64,000 bases of DNA from an uncultured Bacilli bacterium. GTDB taxonomy: Bacteria > Bacillota_I > Bacilli_A > RFN20 > CAG-449. Location of the stretch: positions 5,493 to 69,492 of the forward strand of contig CANQEO010000004.1 of NCBI GenBank assembly GCA_947595215.1, read 5' to 3'. The position numbers and the translations under genes are program-made. Shown here piece by piece: positions 17,128 through 27,183 of this stretch (the first letter of the stretch is position 1; each line of letters begins with the position of its first letter). Below the pieces are notes generated by a model. It ran no database searches. It saw only the letters and a list, made by a program, of their open reading frames with translations, and had not been told where the DNA came from.

Positions 17128-19311
17128 ATGCATAAAATTATTTTTTTCTCTCTTATAGTAACTATATTTCAATTTAATACTAATATCCAATATGATGAAT
17201 TAAAATATGCCAGAGCACATCCGGCTGACACATTTGAACTTAAAGCCTCAAATGAACCTCTATACAATTCACAAAAAAATCTAAACTATTTAAACTTGGG
17301 AAATACTTTAGATAATTATCGTGGAGATGGAGTTAAAGTAGCAATCATCGACTCAGGTATTAATATCGACCATCAAGAATTTAAAGATATAAATGGATAT
17401 AAATACACTGACATCTCATTAGATTCCGCTTATTTAAAACGTAATGCATATTCAATTACAGCGCAAACAATAAATAACTATGGTTATAATATCATTGATG
17501 ACACTAATGGTCATGGTACTGAAGTCGCCGGTACTATCGCTTCAAGAGTTAATGAGCTCGGGATTACTGGTATTGCTCCTAATGTCGAGTTAATGATTTT
17601 AAAAACCGAGTATTATTTAGATCAGTTAGAATATGGTATTCGTTATGCAGTTGATCATGGTGCGGATATTATTAATCTATCGGTACAAGCTTATAAGGAA
17701 GATTATTCAAATATTGACACTTTTTTCAATGATGCCGTTAAATACGCCAAAGATAATGGTGTTATTATTGTAGCTGCTGCTGGAAATAAAGCAACCAGTG
17801 AAAAATGTTATCCTGCCTCTTGTGATGATGTCATCGGTGTTGGTGCTTTAAAAGATGGTACAAACAATCAAAAAGCCGAATATTCAAACTATGGTACCGA
17901 TAACGTTTATTTAGTTGCACCTGGCACATTCTATTTACCAAGCATCGAATCATCTACTTCATATGTCACAGTACAAGGAACTTCTTTTGCTTCACCCGCT
18001 GTTAGTGGTGCAATCGCTCTTTTTAAATCAAAATTTCCTAATGCTACATATGAACAAGTTTTATCAAAGCTAGATGATTCACTCATAGATTTAAATGATA
18101 GAAATTATTTTGGTAACGGCCGTATTGACATCTCTCGCTATTTAGAGCAATATCCAATTCTTAGTGCCGAATTCAATAGCCATTATATCGAAATGACTGT
18201 CGGTGAAGTTTTAACACCTAAAGTTAATATTTTACCTGAAAACGCCACTAACAAAAACATGCTTTTCATGGCCGATAATGAAGATATAATTTCAATCGAT
18301 GAAGAAACTGGCACAATGACAGCATTACAAGAAGGAAATACTACTATATATTTTCTAACCGATGATGGCAACTTTATGGATGAGTGTGAAGTCGTTGTTC
18401 GTTCCGGCTATGTAGGAGTTACTAAAGCAAGTCTTGGCTTTTCATATCAAGATATTGATACTCTGGTTTCTAAAACTATCAGTATGAGTGTAAATACTAC
18501 CATAATAAATAGCAATTTTTCAAATGCTGCTAACGTCACTAATTACTTTGATATTACCGATGAAAATAATAATGTGAATGATTTAGTTAAATCTGTCTCA
18601 TTAAGTAAGAATAGCTCCTCTTATGCATATATTGGTGGTAGCAATAAAGAAGTTCGTCTCTATTATAATTCTTATGGCGATGGTACATCTCTTGATTTTG
18701 TCACACTCTTAGAGGTATCCAAAATAAAAATATCATTCTTATTAAGTTCTAATTCTGGTGGCAAGTGTGGTTTAGTTATCGATAATGAAATTAAAGAAAT
18801 TGAAAGCGATCAAGAATATGATGTTAATAGCAATAACTTCAAAATCAAAAATATTGCCACTTCTAATGTACAAGTGAAGATAAGAAAAATCGAATTAAAA
18901 TTTAATATTGGTGAAAAAGGTATCCATTTTTCAAATGTACGCGCTAAATTTACCGCACATATTGATAAAGATATTTTTGAATCTTTAAGTGTTATAAGAG
19001 CTGGTGTTATTATATCAATTCCTTATAGTTCTGAAATTATGAATGTTATGATCTCACTAAAAAAGATATCTTTTAATGAAGATTATTATTTTACTGCTGT
19101 CATCACTAATATTCCTAAAAGCGCTTATGAAGTAATAATGACCGCAACGGGATATTTAGTACTCGAAGATGAATCTATTATTTATTTAAAATCTAGGAGT
19201 ATCTCAATTAAAGAAATGGTAGAAAATTATCTTTATGAAGGTAATCCGTTTGAATTATCAAAAGAAGATATTTATTTGATGAATCAATTTCAAACTTATT
19301 GTTCTAAATAG
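17128..19311 (+). CDS. Secreted subtilisin-like (S8) serine protease with a Big_2-like Ig domain and a ~300-aa uncharacterised C-terminal region
   Basis: Catalytic triad contexts VAIIDSGI, NGHGTEVAG and GTSFASPAVSGA. Signal-like N-terminus MHKIIFFSLIVTIFQ after an AGAGGT Shine-Dalgarno. A TATAAT box lies at 17104-17109. Confidence 0.85.
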   Translation: MHKIIFFSLIVTIFQFNTNIQYDELKYARAHPADTFELKASNEPLYNSQKNLNYLNLGNTLDNYRGDGVKVAIIDSGINIDHQEFKDINGYKYTDISLDSAYLKRNAYSITAQTINNYGYNIIDDTNGHGTEVAGTIASRVNELGITGIAPNVELMILKTEYYLDQLEYGIRYAVDHGADIINLSVQAYKEDYSNIDTFFNDAVKYAKDNGVIIVAAAGNKATSEKCYPASCDDVIGVGALKDGTNNQKAEYSNYGTDNVYLVAPGTFYLPSIESSTSYVTVQGTSFASPAVSGAIALFKSKFPNATYEQVLSKLDDSLIDLNDRNYFGNGRIDISRYLEQYPILSAEFNSHYIEMTVGEVLTPKVNILPENATNKNMLFMADNEDIISIDEETGTMTALQEGNTTIYFLTDDGNFMDECEVVVRSGYVGVTKASLGFSYQDIDTLVSKTISMSVNTTIINSNFSNAANVTNYFDITDENNNVNDLVKSVSLSKNSSSYAYIGGSNKEVRLYYNSYGDGTSLDFVTLLEVSKIKISFLLSSNSGGKCGLVIDNEIKEIESDQEYDVNSNNFKIKNIATSNVQVKIRKIELKFNIGEKGIHFSNVRAKFTAHIDKDIFESLSVIRAGVIISIPYSSEIMNVMISLKKISFNEDYYFTAVITNIPKSAYEVIMTATGYLVLEDESIIYLKSRSISIKEMVENYLYEGNPFELSKEDIYLMNQFQTYCSK

Positions 19312-19817
19312 ATTTTTGCCAGTTCTATAATCGGCAATTCACGTTGTTTAACTAGAAGTGCCACTTTTCCATTCATCGATGTATTAAATAATTCAATAGC
19401 TTTATCAATACTAACCCATATATTACCTTTTAATATATCCCCTTCGCCTTCTTGAAGATGGGGTTTATGCAAAGATTTAAGATGACATAAGTAATAATAA
19501 TTAATATTTTTCCGATTAATTAAATTATAATAATCCTCAATTATTAGTAATGGTCTAATGATTTCTACTTCAGCTCCTAATTCTTCATCTAACTCTCTTT
19601 TTAAAGCTTCTTCTAGAGTTTCTTTTTCTTCTACTCCACCACCCGGTGTCTCAAAGTAATCGCGATGACCAAAGATATCATTTCCATCTACTTTATTAAG
19701 ACAGATATTTTTATTATCATCATAAACTATAGCTCTGACCACTTTACGAATATGGTCAAAACCATTATTTGGATATTGATCATCTTCAAAATATAAAGTT
19801 TTTTCAAAATCAAACAT
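19296..19817 (-). CDS. NUDIX hydrolase
   Basis: Intact Nudix box GGGVEEKETLEEALKRELDEELGAEV. The ATG at 19817, preceded by GAGGAG, is preferred over the track start at 19859. The 3' end overlaps the convergent S8 protease gene by 16 nt. Confidence 0.8.
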   Translation of the reverse strand: MFDFEKTLYFEDDQYPNNGFDHIRKVVRAIVYDDNKNICLNKVDGNDIFGHRDYFETPGGGVEEKETLEEALKRELDEELGAEVEIIRPLLIIEDYYNLINRKNINYYYLCHLKSLHKPHLQEGEGDILKGNIWVSIDKAIELFNTSMNGKVALLVKQRELPIIELAKIYLEQ

Positions 19818-20952
19818 GTTTTTGAACTCCTCGATAATAGATTTCATCGATAATTCCACCGCCTAAAAGACGATCTTTATCATAAAAGACCGCGGCCTGA
19901 CCTGGTGTAACCGCTTTATATGGTTCATCGTAAATTACTTCAATTGTATCGTCATCAATTCGATTGATAGTTACGCCTAAATCTTTTTGACGATAACGGA
20001 ATTTACATCCGACATGAAGGGTTTCAAACGGGTCACTAATCCAATTAATTCCTCTTACTATCGCACGATCTGATAATAAATAAGTATTCTCTTCACCTTG
20101 AGCGACATATAAAATATTTGTTTTAACATTTTTGGCAACAACAAACCATGATGCGGTTTCGCGATCTTTAATACCACCGATTCCTAAACCTCTTCTTTGT
20201 CCTAATGTATAATACATTACTCCATCGTGATGTCCAACAACTTCTTTTGTGACAATATCAACAATATCTCCTTTTTGAGCAGGTAAATAATTATTTAAAA
20301 ATAATTTAAAATTACGTTCCCCGATAAAACACACACCAGTGCTATCTTTTTTATCAGCGATTGGTAAATTAAGTTCGTGAGCGATTTTTCTTACTTCTGT
20401 TTTGTCAATCTTACCGAGTGGGAAAAGACAAAATGAAATTTGTTTTTCGTCTATTTGTGAAAGGAAATATGTTTGGTCTTTGTTTTGATCAAACGATTTA
20501 TGAAGTTCAACACGACCATCTTCTTTATCGACTCTTAAAGCGTAGTGACCGGTTGCGATAAGATCAAAACCCTCTCTTAAAGCGTATTTTAAAAAAGCAT
20601 CGAATTTGATGTATTTGTTACAAAAGATGTCCGGATTAGGCGTTCTACCCTTTTTGTATTCATCCAAAAAATATGAAAAAACATTATCCCAATATTCCTT
20701 TACAAAATCGATGCGATATAATTTGATGCCTAAATTATCAGCTACCGCTTTCGCGTCCATATAATCAACTTCTTGAGGACACACGGAATTATTGATGGTA
20801 GGATTTCCTAAATAGTCATTATTAGCTAGAGCATCCCAGTTGCGCATAAACCCACCTGAAACATCATAACCTTGTTTCAGTAATAAGTAAGCAGCAATAG
20901 CGGAATCAACTCCACCAGATAAACCCACTAAAACTTTTAATTTCTTTTCCAT
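19810..20952 (-). CDS. mnmA: tRNA 2-thiouridine(34) synthase MnmA
   Basis: PP-loop VGLSGGVDSA; conserved over its full length. The ATG at 20952 follows GAGGA; the track start is 20967. Confidence 0.92.
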   Translation of the reverse strand: MEKKLKVLVGLSGGVDSAIAAYLLLKQGYDVSGGFMRNWDALANNDYLGNPTINNSVCPQEVDYMDAKAVADNLGIKLYRIDFVKEYWDNVFSYFLDEYKKGRTPNPDIFCNKYIKFDAFLKYALREGFDLIATGHYALRVDKEDGRVELHKSFDQNKDQTYFLSQIDEKQISFCLFPLGKIDKTEVRKIAHELNLPIADKKDSTGVCFIGERNFKLFLNNYLPAQKGDIVDIVTKEVVGHHDGVMYYTLGQRRGLGIGGIKDRETASWFVVAKNVKTNILYVAQGEENTYLLSDRAIVRGINWISDPFETLHVGCKFRYRQKDLGVTINRIDDDTIEVIYDEPYKAVTPGQAAVFYDKDRLLGGGIIDEIYYRGVQKHV

Positions 20953-20953
20953 A

Positions 20954-21403
20954 CTACAAATCCTCACTATTGATTATTAATGTAAATGGACCATCGTTAA
21001 CCAATTTCACTTTCATATCAGCTTGAAAAATTCCTTGAGCGACTTTTCCACTATATTGCTCTTCAAGATATAAAATAGTTTCATGATACAGTTCACGCGC
21101 ACTTTCCGCGTTTAATGCATCGATAAAGGAAGGGCGACGTCCTTTTTTAACATTCCCATAAAGTGTAAATTGTGAAACACATAAGATTTCACCTTTTACA
21201 TCATCTAACGAAAGGTTAGTTTTACCATTCTCATCAGGAAAAAGGCGCAAAGAAAGAATCTTATCAATCATCTTTTTACTAGTAACAAGCGTATCTCCTT
21301 CACAAAAGCCTACAAGCAATAAAAAGCCTTTTCCGATTTCAGAAAAGACTCTGCCTTCGATTTCTACACTTGCTTTTGTTACAACTTGTAAAACAACGCG
21401 CAT
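20954..21403 (-). CDS. dtd: D-aminoacyl-tRNA deacylase
   Basis: 149 aa with SQFTLYG and the NDGPFT C-terminal motif. Confidence 0.92.
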   Translation of the reverse strand: MRVVLQVVTKASVEIEGRVFSEIGKGFLLLVGFCEGDTLVTSKKMIDKILSLRLFPDENGKTNLSLDDVKGEILCVSQFTLYGNVKKGRRPSFIDALNAESARELYHETILYLEEQYSGKVAQGIFQADMKVKLVNDGPFTLIINSEDL

Positions 21404-21449
21404 AATCTTTCACCCGTCTATATATTATAAACGAGCCATGCTAACAAAA

Positions 21450-22826
21450 CTATAAGTTTTGTTTTTTATGCGCCGATTCACGGACAAAGACATTTTTAAA
21501 GCTTCGATAATCAAATGGGCATAAAGGATAAAGATAAGGTAAATTAAATACTTTGATTTGAACTAAATATAAGAATAAAGCTGTGGCTGCAATCACAAAC
21601 CCAGTAGTGCCAAAAATTTCAGCAATGACCACAAACGCAATAGATACAACCTTATTAGTTAGTGATAATTCGTAACTCGGAGTCGCAAATCCACAAATCG
21701 CACTTATCGATACAAATAGTAATATTTCCGGCAAAAATAATCCCAAATCCATCGATACCTGCCCTAAAATAATAGCAGCCACTAATGATAATGCTGATAC
21801 CAGTGGTGTCGGTGTATGAATAATTGCAATCCTAAATAGTTCTATCATTAAAGTTGCTCCCAACACTTGTAACAACAATGGTGTATCTGATTCATTTGAA
21901 ACAGCAAAGTTAACACCGTTTGAAAAATCGCTATTAGTTACAAGGCATAACCATAATGGTACTAAAAATAATGAAATCATAATTGCGACACTTCTTAAAA
22001 AGCGAGTAAAAGATCCGACAATCGGTGTTTGACGAAATTCTTCTACATGTTTAGAATGATCCACTAAAGTAATCGGAGTGATAATCGCACTACTTGATGT
22101 ATCAACTAAAATAACTGCTTTTCCGTTTACTAATTGAATTGAAGCGACATCAGGGCGTTCGGTATAACGCACCAAAGGATATGGAGATTTAGTTTGTTGA
22201 AACATATTTTCTTCTAAGGCGCGATCTGTCATTACTAACGAATTTACATCAACTTCATCTAGCTTATCTTTGATTTTTTGTAACACCTCTTTGTCAATCG
22301 CATCATCTATATAACACAATGCTACCAATGTTTTTGTAGTTCTACCAATTTCGAACTTTTCTACTTTTAACTTATCGGATTTAATTCTTCTTCTAATAAG
22401 TCCAAGATTAGTGATAATTGACTCATTAAATCCATCACGAGACCCACGAACTGTCTTTTCCGAATCCGGTTCACTTACCGCGCGAGTCGGATAAAATCTC
22501 GTATCGACTAATAAAGCATAGGCTTCATTTGGATAAAGAATAATACTAATGCCGTTATATAAAGACTTCTTGATTATTTCCATGTCTTTTTCAGTTGTTA
22601 CCGAACCATTAAACATCGAATAGAAGCTTTCTCTTGGAGTTGCAGACCATTTAAAGCTTTCCATCATCGCATTGATGTAGGCTTCACTTACTAAACTTGA
22701 AAGGAAATATAATATCGCACGTTTCTTTCCTTGATTGATTTCTCTTCTTACAATATCAAAGTTATTCTCGACATCGAGTTCTTTTTTTAATTGAGAATCA
22801 ATTTGATTAAAGAACGATTTTCTCAT
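21450..22826 (-). CDS. spoVAF: Stage V sporulation protein AF (GerA-family spore germination protein)
   Basis: GerA-family core (RGSRDGFNESIITNLGLIRRRIK) plus C-terminal TM helices. Last gene of the spoVA cluster. The ATG at 22826 follows GAGG; the track start is 22865. Confidence 0.8.
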   Translation of the reverse strand: MRKSFFNQIDSQLKKELDVENNFDIVRREINQGKKRAILYFLSSLVSEAYINAMMESFKWSATPRESFYSMFNGSVTTEKDMEIIKKSLYNGISIILYPNEAYALLVDTRFYPTRAVSEPDSEKTVRGSRDGFNESIITNLGLIRRRIKSDKLKVEKFEIGRTTKTLVALCYIDDAIDKEVLQKIKDKLDEVDVNSLVMTDRALEENMFQQTKSPYPLVRYTERPDVASIQLVNGKAVILVDTSSSAIITPITLVDHSKHVEEFRQTPIVGSFTRFLRSVAIMISLFLVPLWLCLVTNSDFSNGVNFAVSNESDTPLLLQVLGATLMIELFRIAIIHTPTPLVSALSLVAAIILGQVSMDLGLFLPEILLFVSISAICGFATPSYELSLTNKVVSIAFVVIAEIFGTTGFVIAATALFLYLVQIKVFNLPYLYPLCPFDYRSFKNVFVRESAHKKQNL

Positions 22827-22833
22827 AACTGCC

Positions 22834-23184
22834 TCATTGACGTGGTTTAGCGACAATAGATGCAAATGTTGCTATAAAGATAGTAAATCCTAAAGTAGCA
22901 CTACATTTGGTAAGTAAACCTAAAAGCATTCCTAATAATCCATTTTCTTTTAAACCTTCAAGACCACCTTCGACTAAAAGATGACCAAAATTAGTAATTG
23001 GAACACTAGCGCCACCACCCGCAAAATCTAAAAGATATTGATAAAGACCGCAGGCAGAAAGAATCGCACCTAATACTACGAATAAAGAAGTGATATGACC
23101 TGGAGTTAATTTAGTTTTATCATAAATAATTTGCGCAACTAAACAAAAGGCGCCTGCAACCAAAAATGCATATAAGTAGATCAT
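22834..23184 (-). CDS. spoVAE: Stage V sporulation protein AE (SpoVAEb-type membrane protein)
   Basis: 116-aa polytopic membrane protein immediately after spoVAD. Confidence 0.85.
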   Translation of the reverse strand: MIYLYAFLVAGAFCLVAQIIYDKTKLTPGHITSLFVVLGAILSACGLYQYLLDFAGGGASVPITNFGHLLVEGGLEGLKENGLLGMLLGLLTKCSATLGFTIFIATFASIVAKPRQ

Positions 23185-23187
23185 TAT

Positions 23188-24183
23188 TTATTCCTCCACT
23201 CGTTCTAGTTCTACTGCATGTGCAATAACGGGAATGACCTTCTTTTGGCCGACCGAAGTTTTCGAATGTAAAGCTCCTGTTCCGACAAGAAGGATTCTTT
23301 TAATATCTTTTTGTTCCATCTTTTGTAAGATATATCCGTAGGTTGTGATTGCAATACATCCGCATCCACTACCACCAGAGAATTTATCCCATTCTCCTTT
23401 TTCATAAATGAGACTTCCCGAATCAACATGATTAAAGAATACCTGTCCTTCTTTTTCAAACATTTCTTTTACTACTTTGCTTCCAATAGAAGATAAATCA
23501 CCAGTCATAATTAAATCGTAGTCTTTAAAAGTTCTCTTGCTATGCTTTAAATGCTGTGCGATAGTATCATAAGCAGCAAATGCCATCGGTGATCCCATAT
23601 CGTTAGCGTCAGTCCATTTGACATCGTGCACTTTACCAAAAGTACATGAAACTACTTTAACTTTAGTTTTACGATTACCAACTATCGCCGCACCAGCACC
23701 TGACACAGTAATGGTCGTAGTGTCTTTCTTTTCTATTCCATACTCGGTAGGATAGCGAAATTGACGTTCAGATGAACCATAGTTAGATGAAGAAAAACAT
23801 AATGCATTAGTGGCTAACTTTGAAGATACAAAGGTCGAAGCTAGCGCTAGAGAAAGCATCGCAGTAGAACACGCTCCATATACTCCGACAAATGAATAAG
23901 GCATTTCTTTAGCTAAAAGGTTAGAAACTGCTAGTTGATCGGTAAGATCACCACCAAAAGCAATATCAATTTTACTTGAAGGTAATCCGGATTTCTTTAA
24001 TGCCGTCAAGATTGCGGTTTTTGACATCTCTTTTTCGCCATCTTCGTAGCTTTTTTGATCTGCATAAATATTAGAAAAACAATAATCAAAGTACTCTTTT
24101 AATGGCCCTTGTGCTTCTTCAGGTCCAGCTACTGCAGCTGAAGCTTGAATATATACATCTTTAAACTTTAAAGTGAGGCTCAT
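23188..24183 (-). CDS. spoVAD: Stage V sporulation protein AD (thiolase-fold DPA-binding protein)
   Basis: 331 aa with a thiolase-like layout, flanked by spoVAC and spoVAE. Confidence 0.88.
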   Translation of the reverse strand: MSLTLKFKDVYIQASAAVAGPEEAQGPLKEYFDYCFSNIYADQKSYEDGEKEMSKTAILTALKKSGLPSSKIDIAFGGDLTDQLAVSNLLAKEMPYSFVGVYGACSTAMLSLALASTFVSSKLATNALCFSSSNYGSSERQFRYPTEYGIEKKDTTTITVSGAGAAIVGNRKTKVKVVSCTFGKVHDVKWTDANDMGSPMAFAAYDTIAQHLKHSKRTFKDYDLIMTGDLSSIGSKVVKEMFEKEGQVFFNHVDSGSLIYEKGEWDKFSGGSGCGCIAITTYGYILQKMEQKDIKRILLVGTGALHSKTSVGQKKVIPVIAHAVELERVEE

Positions 24184-24632
24184 AATGCTACCCCCATAAA
24201 ACTTAAGATGTATCTAATCACGCAGCAAATGACTGCCGAAAAGACTCCATATGTGATGACAGAACCAGCAAGTGCAAACATTCTAGTTCCAACTCCATAA
24301 ATCGGTCCTTCAAATTTACCTTCTATAGCAGCTGAAGTCATCGAATTTGCAAATCCTGTTGTGGGAATAAATAACCCAGCACCAACCAACTGTGCCAGAT
24401 TATTATACCAACCAAACATAGTAAGCACGGCCGCGAAGAAAACAACTACAATCGCTGAAAACGACATCGCTTCAGGAGTCTCTAAGTTTAGTACATTAGT
24501 CCCTAAATCAATTAGTGCCTGAGCGGCGATTCCCATAAGTCCTCCACTTATAAAAGCGAGAAAACCATTTCGCACCATATGTTTTTTTGGTGCATTCTTT
24601 TTAACAATTTCTGAATATGTTGTATAGTCCAT
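24180..24632 (-). CDS. spoVAC: Stage V sporulation protein AC (DPA channel subunit)
   Basis: 150-aa, 4-TM protein; first gene of the spoVAC-D-E-F operon. Confidence 0.88.
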   Translation of the reverse strand: MDYTTYSEIVKKNAPKKHMVRNGFLAFISGGLMGIAAQALIDLGTNVLNLETPEAMSFSAIVVVFFAAVLTMFGWYNNLAQLVGAGLFIPTTGFANSMTSAAIEGKFEGPIYGVGTRMFALAGSVITYGVFSAVICCVIRYILSFMGVAL

Positions 24633-24649
24633 TATTTCACCTCAAAATT

Positions 24650-24678
24650 TAGTGTGTGAAAAAAATTCATTTTATAAC
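24650..24678 (-). promoter_or_regulatory. Possible forespore (SigG/SigF-type) promoter of the spoVA operon
   Basis: On the minus strand: GTTATA, 16 nt, CACACTA. This resembles the forespore consensus GHATR-N17/18-CATNNTA. The match is weak. Confidence 0.3.
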
Positions 24679-25002
24679 CAACTTTTTAATTGAAATAACA
24701 TTATTTTATATATGTTGATTTTTATATTTACATAGAAGCATTAAAAATAAAAATTGGTAAATAGAAAAAACTATAATGAAAAGGTTATCCGAAAATAATG
24801 GCGAGTTTCGACAGATTCTAAAATAGATAAATAAAGTATAATAAAAGTAATTAAAGAAATTTATTACTGATTCAAATATTAATAACTTATTTATGTAGTT
24901 CTAGAAATTAAATAATTCGCAATCTTTTCAAAAAATATTCAATTATTAATATCAAGTAATATATTTTTTCTTTTTATAATACATTTGATTGAGGTGAAGA
25001 CA

Positions 25003-26163
25003 ATGAAAAAAATATTATTGGCTTTTCTATGTTTGACACTGGGATTAACTTTTTTTAAATCAGAAATTAAACCTGCATATGCTGATGAACCGAATTTAGA
25101 TTTAAATACTCATAGTGCCATTCTTATTGAACCTATTTCTGGCGCAGTTCTTTATGAGCAAAATGCTGATGACGTTTTATTCCCTGCTTCAATGACTAAG
25201 ATGATGGGGATGTATCTTATTTTAGAAGCAATTGAAAATAATAAAATTTCTTGGAACGATGAAGTTATCGTCTCATCGTACGCTTCATCTATGGGTGGAA
25301 CACAAATCTTTTTAGAGCCAAACGAAAAGATGAGCGTCGAAGATCTCTTTAAAGCAGTTGCTATCAACTCTGCTAATGATGCTATCGTCGCGCTTGGAGA
25401 ATATGTCGCAGGTTCTAACGATGCTTTTGTTTCGATGATGAATAACAAAGCTAGAGAATTCGGAATGACAAACACAAACTTTGCAAACGCGACAGGATTC
25501 GATGATCCTAGCCATGTAACAACTGTGCGTGATATGTCAAAAATAGGCTCAAAGTTACTTGAATATGGCGAGTCAATTTTGCGTTTTTCAAGAATGGAAG
25601 AAGCCTATGTTAGAGAAAATACCAGTTCCCCTTTCTGGCTTGTAAATACCAATAAACTTTTAAAATATTACGATGGCATGGATGGTTTAAAAACCGGATT
25701 CACAGTTAAGGCAGGTTACAATTTAACGGCGACCGCAAAAAGAAATGGTATCCGCTTATTATCAGTAGTTATGAAAGAAGAAACGATACAGAAAAGATCA
25801 CAAGATACTATTCGCCTTCTTGACTATGGTTTTTCAAAACTTGAATTAAAAACTATATTTAATGAGAATGATACTTTAACTGTTTTTAATTTCAATAACA
25901 CCTTGTCAAAGGAAACTAAGCTTATCACTAAAAATCGAATAGACGTTATCTTAGATAAAGGTGAAGATATAAGTGCTCTTAGCCTTAGTCTTGAATTATA
26001 TCGTGATTATGCACCCGTTTTGGAGGATGAGGTAATTGGAGAACTAATTGTAGAAACTGCCGCTAAAAGACGATATACCTTTCCTATCTACGCTAGCGAA
26101 GCAGTTGAAAGTTTAAATTTTTGGGATTATCTTCTATACAATCTCGCGTTATTATTTGCTTAA
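25003..26163 (+). CDS. dacF: Sporulation D-alanyl-D-alanine carboxypeptidase (S11 PBP)
   Basis: Signal peptide, active-site SMTK, and later SANDA (SxN). Lies immediately upstream of spoIIAA-spoIIAB-sigF, as in Bacillus. The ATG at 25003 follows GAGGTG; the track TTG is at 24985. Confidence 0.85.
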   Translation: MKKILLAFLCLTLGLTFFKSEIKPAYADEPNLDLNTHSAILIEPISGAVLYEQNADDVLFPASMTKMMGMYLILEAIENNKISWNDEVIVSSYASSMGGTQIFLEPNEKMSVEDLFKAVAINSANDAIVALGEYVAGSNDAFVSMMNNKAREFGMTNTNFANATGFDDPSHVTTVRDMSKIGSKLLEYGESILRFSRMEEAYVRENTSSPFWLVNTNKLLKYYDGMDGLKTGFTVKAGYNLTATAKRNGIRLLSVVMKEETIQKRSQDTIRLLDYGFSKLELKTIFNENDTLTVFNFNNTLSKETKLITKNRIDVILDKGEDISALSLSLELYRDYAPVLEDEVIGELIVETAAKRRYTFPIYASEAVESLNFWDYLLYNLALLFA

Positions 26164-26181
26164 AAATTGTTTGACAATTTT

Positions 26182-26212
26182 AAATGATTCATATTTTAAT
26201 GAATCATTTTTT
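26182..26212 (+). terminator. Rho-independent terminator after dacF
   Basis: AATGATTCA-N9-TGAATCATT followed by TTTTT. Confidence 0.75.
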
Positions 26213-26287
26213 ATTTATATATCTAATTATGTTATTTAAAGTTGTTTCATTACATTTTTCATACTAAAATCAACTTTTGTAGAAATA

Positions 26288-26329
26288 TGTCGAACGAATT
26301 TTTGCAATCATTTGTCACTAATTGTCGAA
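26288..26329 (+). promoter_or_regulatory. Two perfect Spo0A boxes (TGTCGAA) upstream of spoIIAA
   Basis: TGTCGAA at 26288-26294 and at 26323-26329, 55-96 nt upstream of the spoIIAA ATG. The second box ends in GAAT, a possible SigH -10 element. Confidence 0.6.
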
Positions 26330-26383
26330 TGTGGCAAATGATTTTTTTTAATGCGCTAAAATTTAAAAACGGAGGTAAAACGA

Positions 26384-26737
26384 ATGGAAAGCAAGATAAA
26401 GTTCACCACTTTCGATCAAGGTTTAATTATCAAAATCTCTGGTGAATTAGATTCAATGAAAACAATGCTTTATCGCGAGAAGATTCATCGGGAAATGGTT
26501 AGAATCGGGCCGCGAATGTTATTGTTTGATTTTAAGGATTTACAGTTTATCGATTCATCGGGAATTGGATTGATTTTAGGACGTTTTAACGAAGTTGATA
26601 AAATCGGTGGTTTAGTCGGCATTACAGGTTTAAATAACTACTCAAGAAAGATATTTCAAATCACAGGAATTTTACAAATAATCGGCGAATACCAAAGCGC
26701 CGCTCAATTTAAAAAGGAAGCGAGGATAAACTTATGA
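26384..26737 (+). CDS. spoIIAA: Anti-sigma-F factor antagonist SpoIIAA (STAS domain)
   Basis: 117 aa with the phosphorylatable serine context FIDSSGIGLILG. GGAGG Shine-Dalgarno. Confidence 0.92.
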   Translation: MESKIKFTTFDQGLIIKISGELDSMKTMLYREKIHREMVRIGPRMLLFDFKDLQFIDSSGIGLILGRFNEVDKIGGLVGITGLNNYSRKIFQITGILQIIGEYQSAAQFKKEARINL

Positions 26738-27183
26738 TCAATAAAATGGAGCTTAAATTTTCTGCCTCTTTATCTAATGAGATTTTAGCTCGTCAAGCGG
26801 TTATCGCTTTTATTTCCCCTCTTGATCCTTCTTTAGAGGAAATTAATGAAATTAAAACGATAATTGCTGAAGGAGTTTCTAATGCGATAATTCACGGATA
26901 TGAATTAGATGCTTCAAAAGATGTATTTTTAAAAGCAGTCATCGATAAAGATGAACTTGAATTAACAATTGTCGATTATGGTAAAGGTATTGTAAATCTA
27001 GAAGAAGCAAGAATGCCTCATTATACCACACGACCCGATTTAGAACGTGCCGGAATGGGATTAACTATTATGGAAACTTTATCAGATAGTTTTGCAATCA
27101 AAACCTTGCCAGGTATGGGATGTAAGTTAGTCATCAAAAAGAAGCTTGCTAAAGAAACTATCTCATATGGAACAACTTGCTGA
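26734..27183 (+). CDS. spoIIAB: Anti-sigma-F factor / serine kinase SpoIIAB
   Basis: GHKL ATPase motifs (EGVSNAIIHG, DYGKGI, GMGLTIM). Overlaps spoIIAA by 4 nt. Confidence 0.92.
   Translation: MINKMELKFSASLSNEILARQAVIAFISPLDPSLEEINEIKTIIAEGVSNAIIHGYELDASKDVFLKAVIDKDELELTIVDYGKGIVNLEEARMPHYTTRPDLERAGMGLTIMETLSDSFAIKTLPGMGCKLVIKKKLAKETISYGTTC

Noticed and set aside
23211-23459. 82-aa minus-strand ORF
   Set aside because: It is an out-of-frame ORF nested in spoVAD.
25152-25515. 107-aa and 67-aa minus-strand ORFs
   Set aside because: They are antisense to dacF, which has the SxxK and SxN motifs.
26242-26445. 67-aa plus-strand ORF upstream of and overlapping the spoIIAA start
   Set aside because: It covers the Spo0A-box regulatory region, has no SD, and runs out of frame into spoIIAA.
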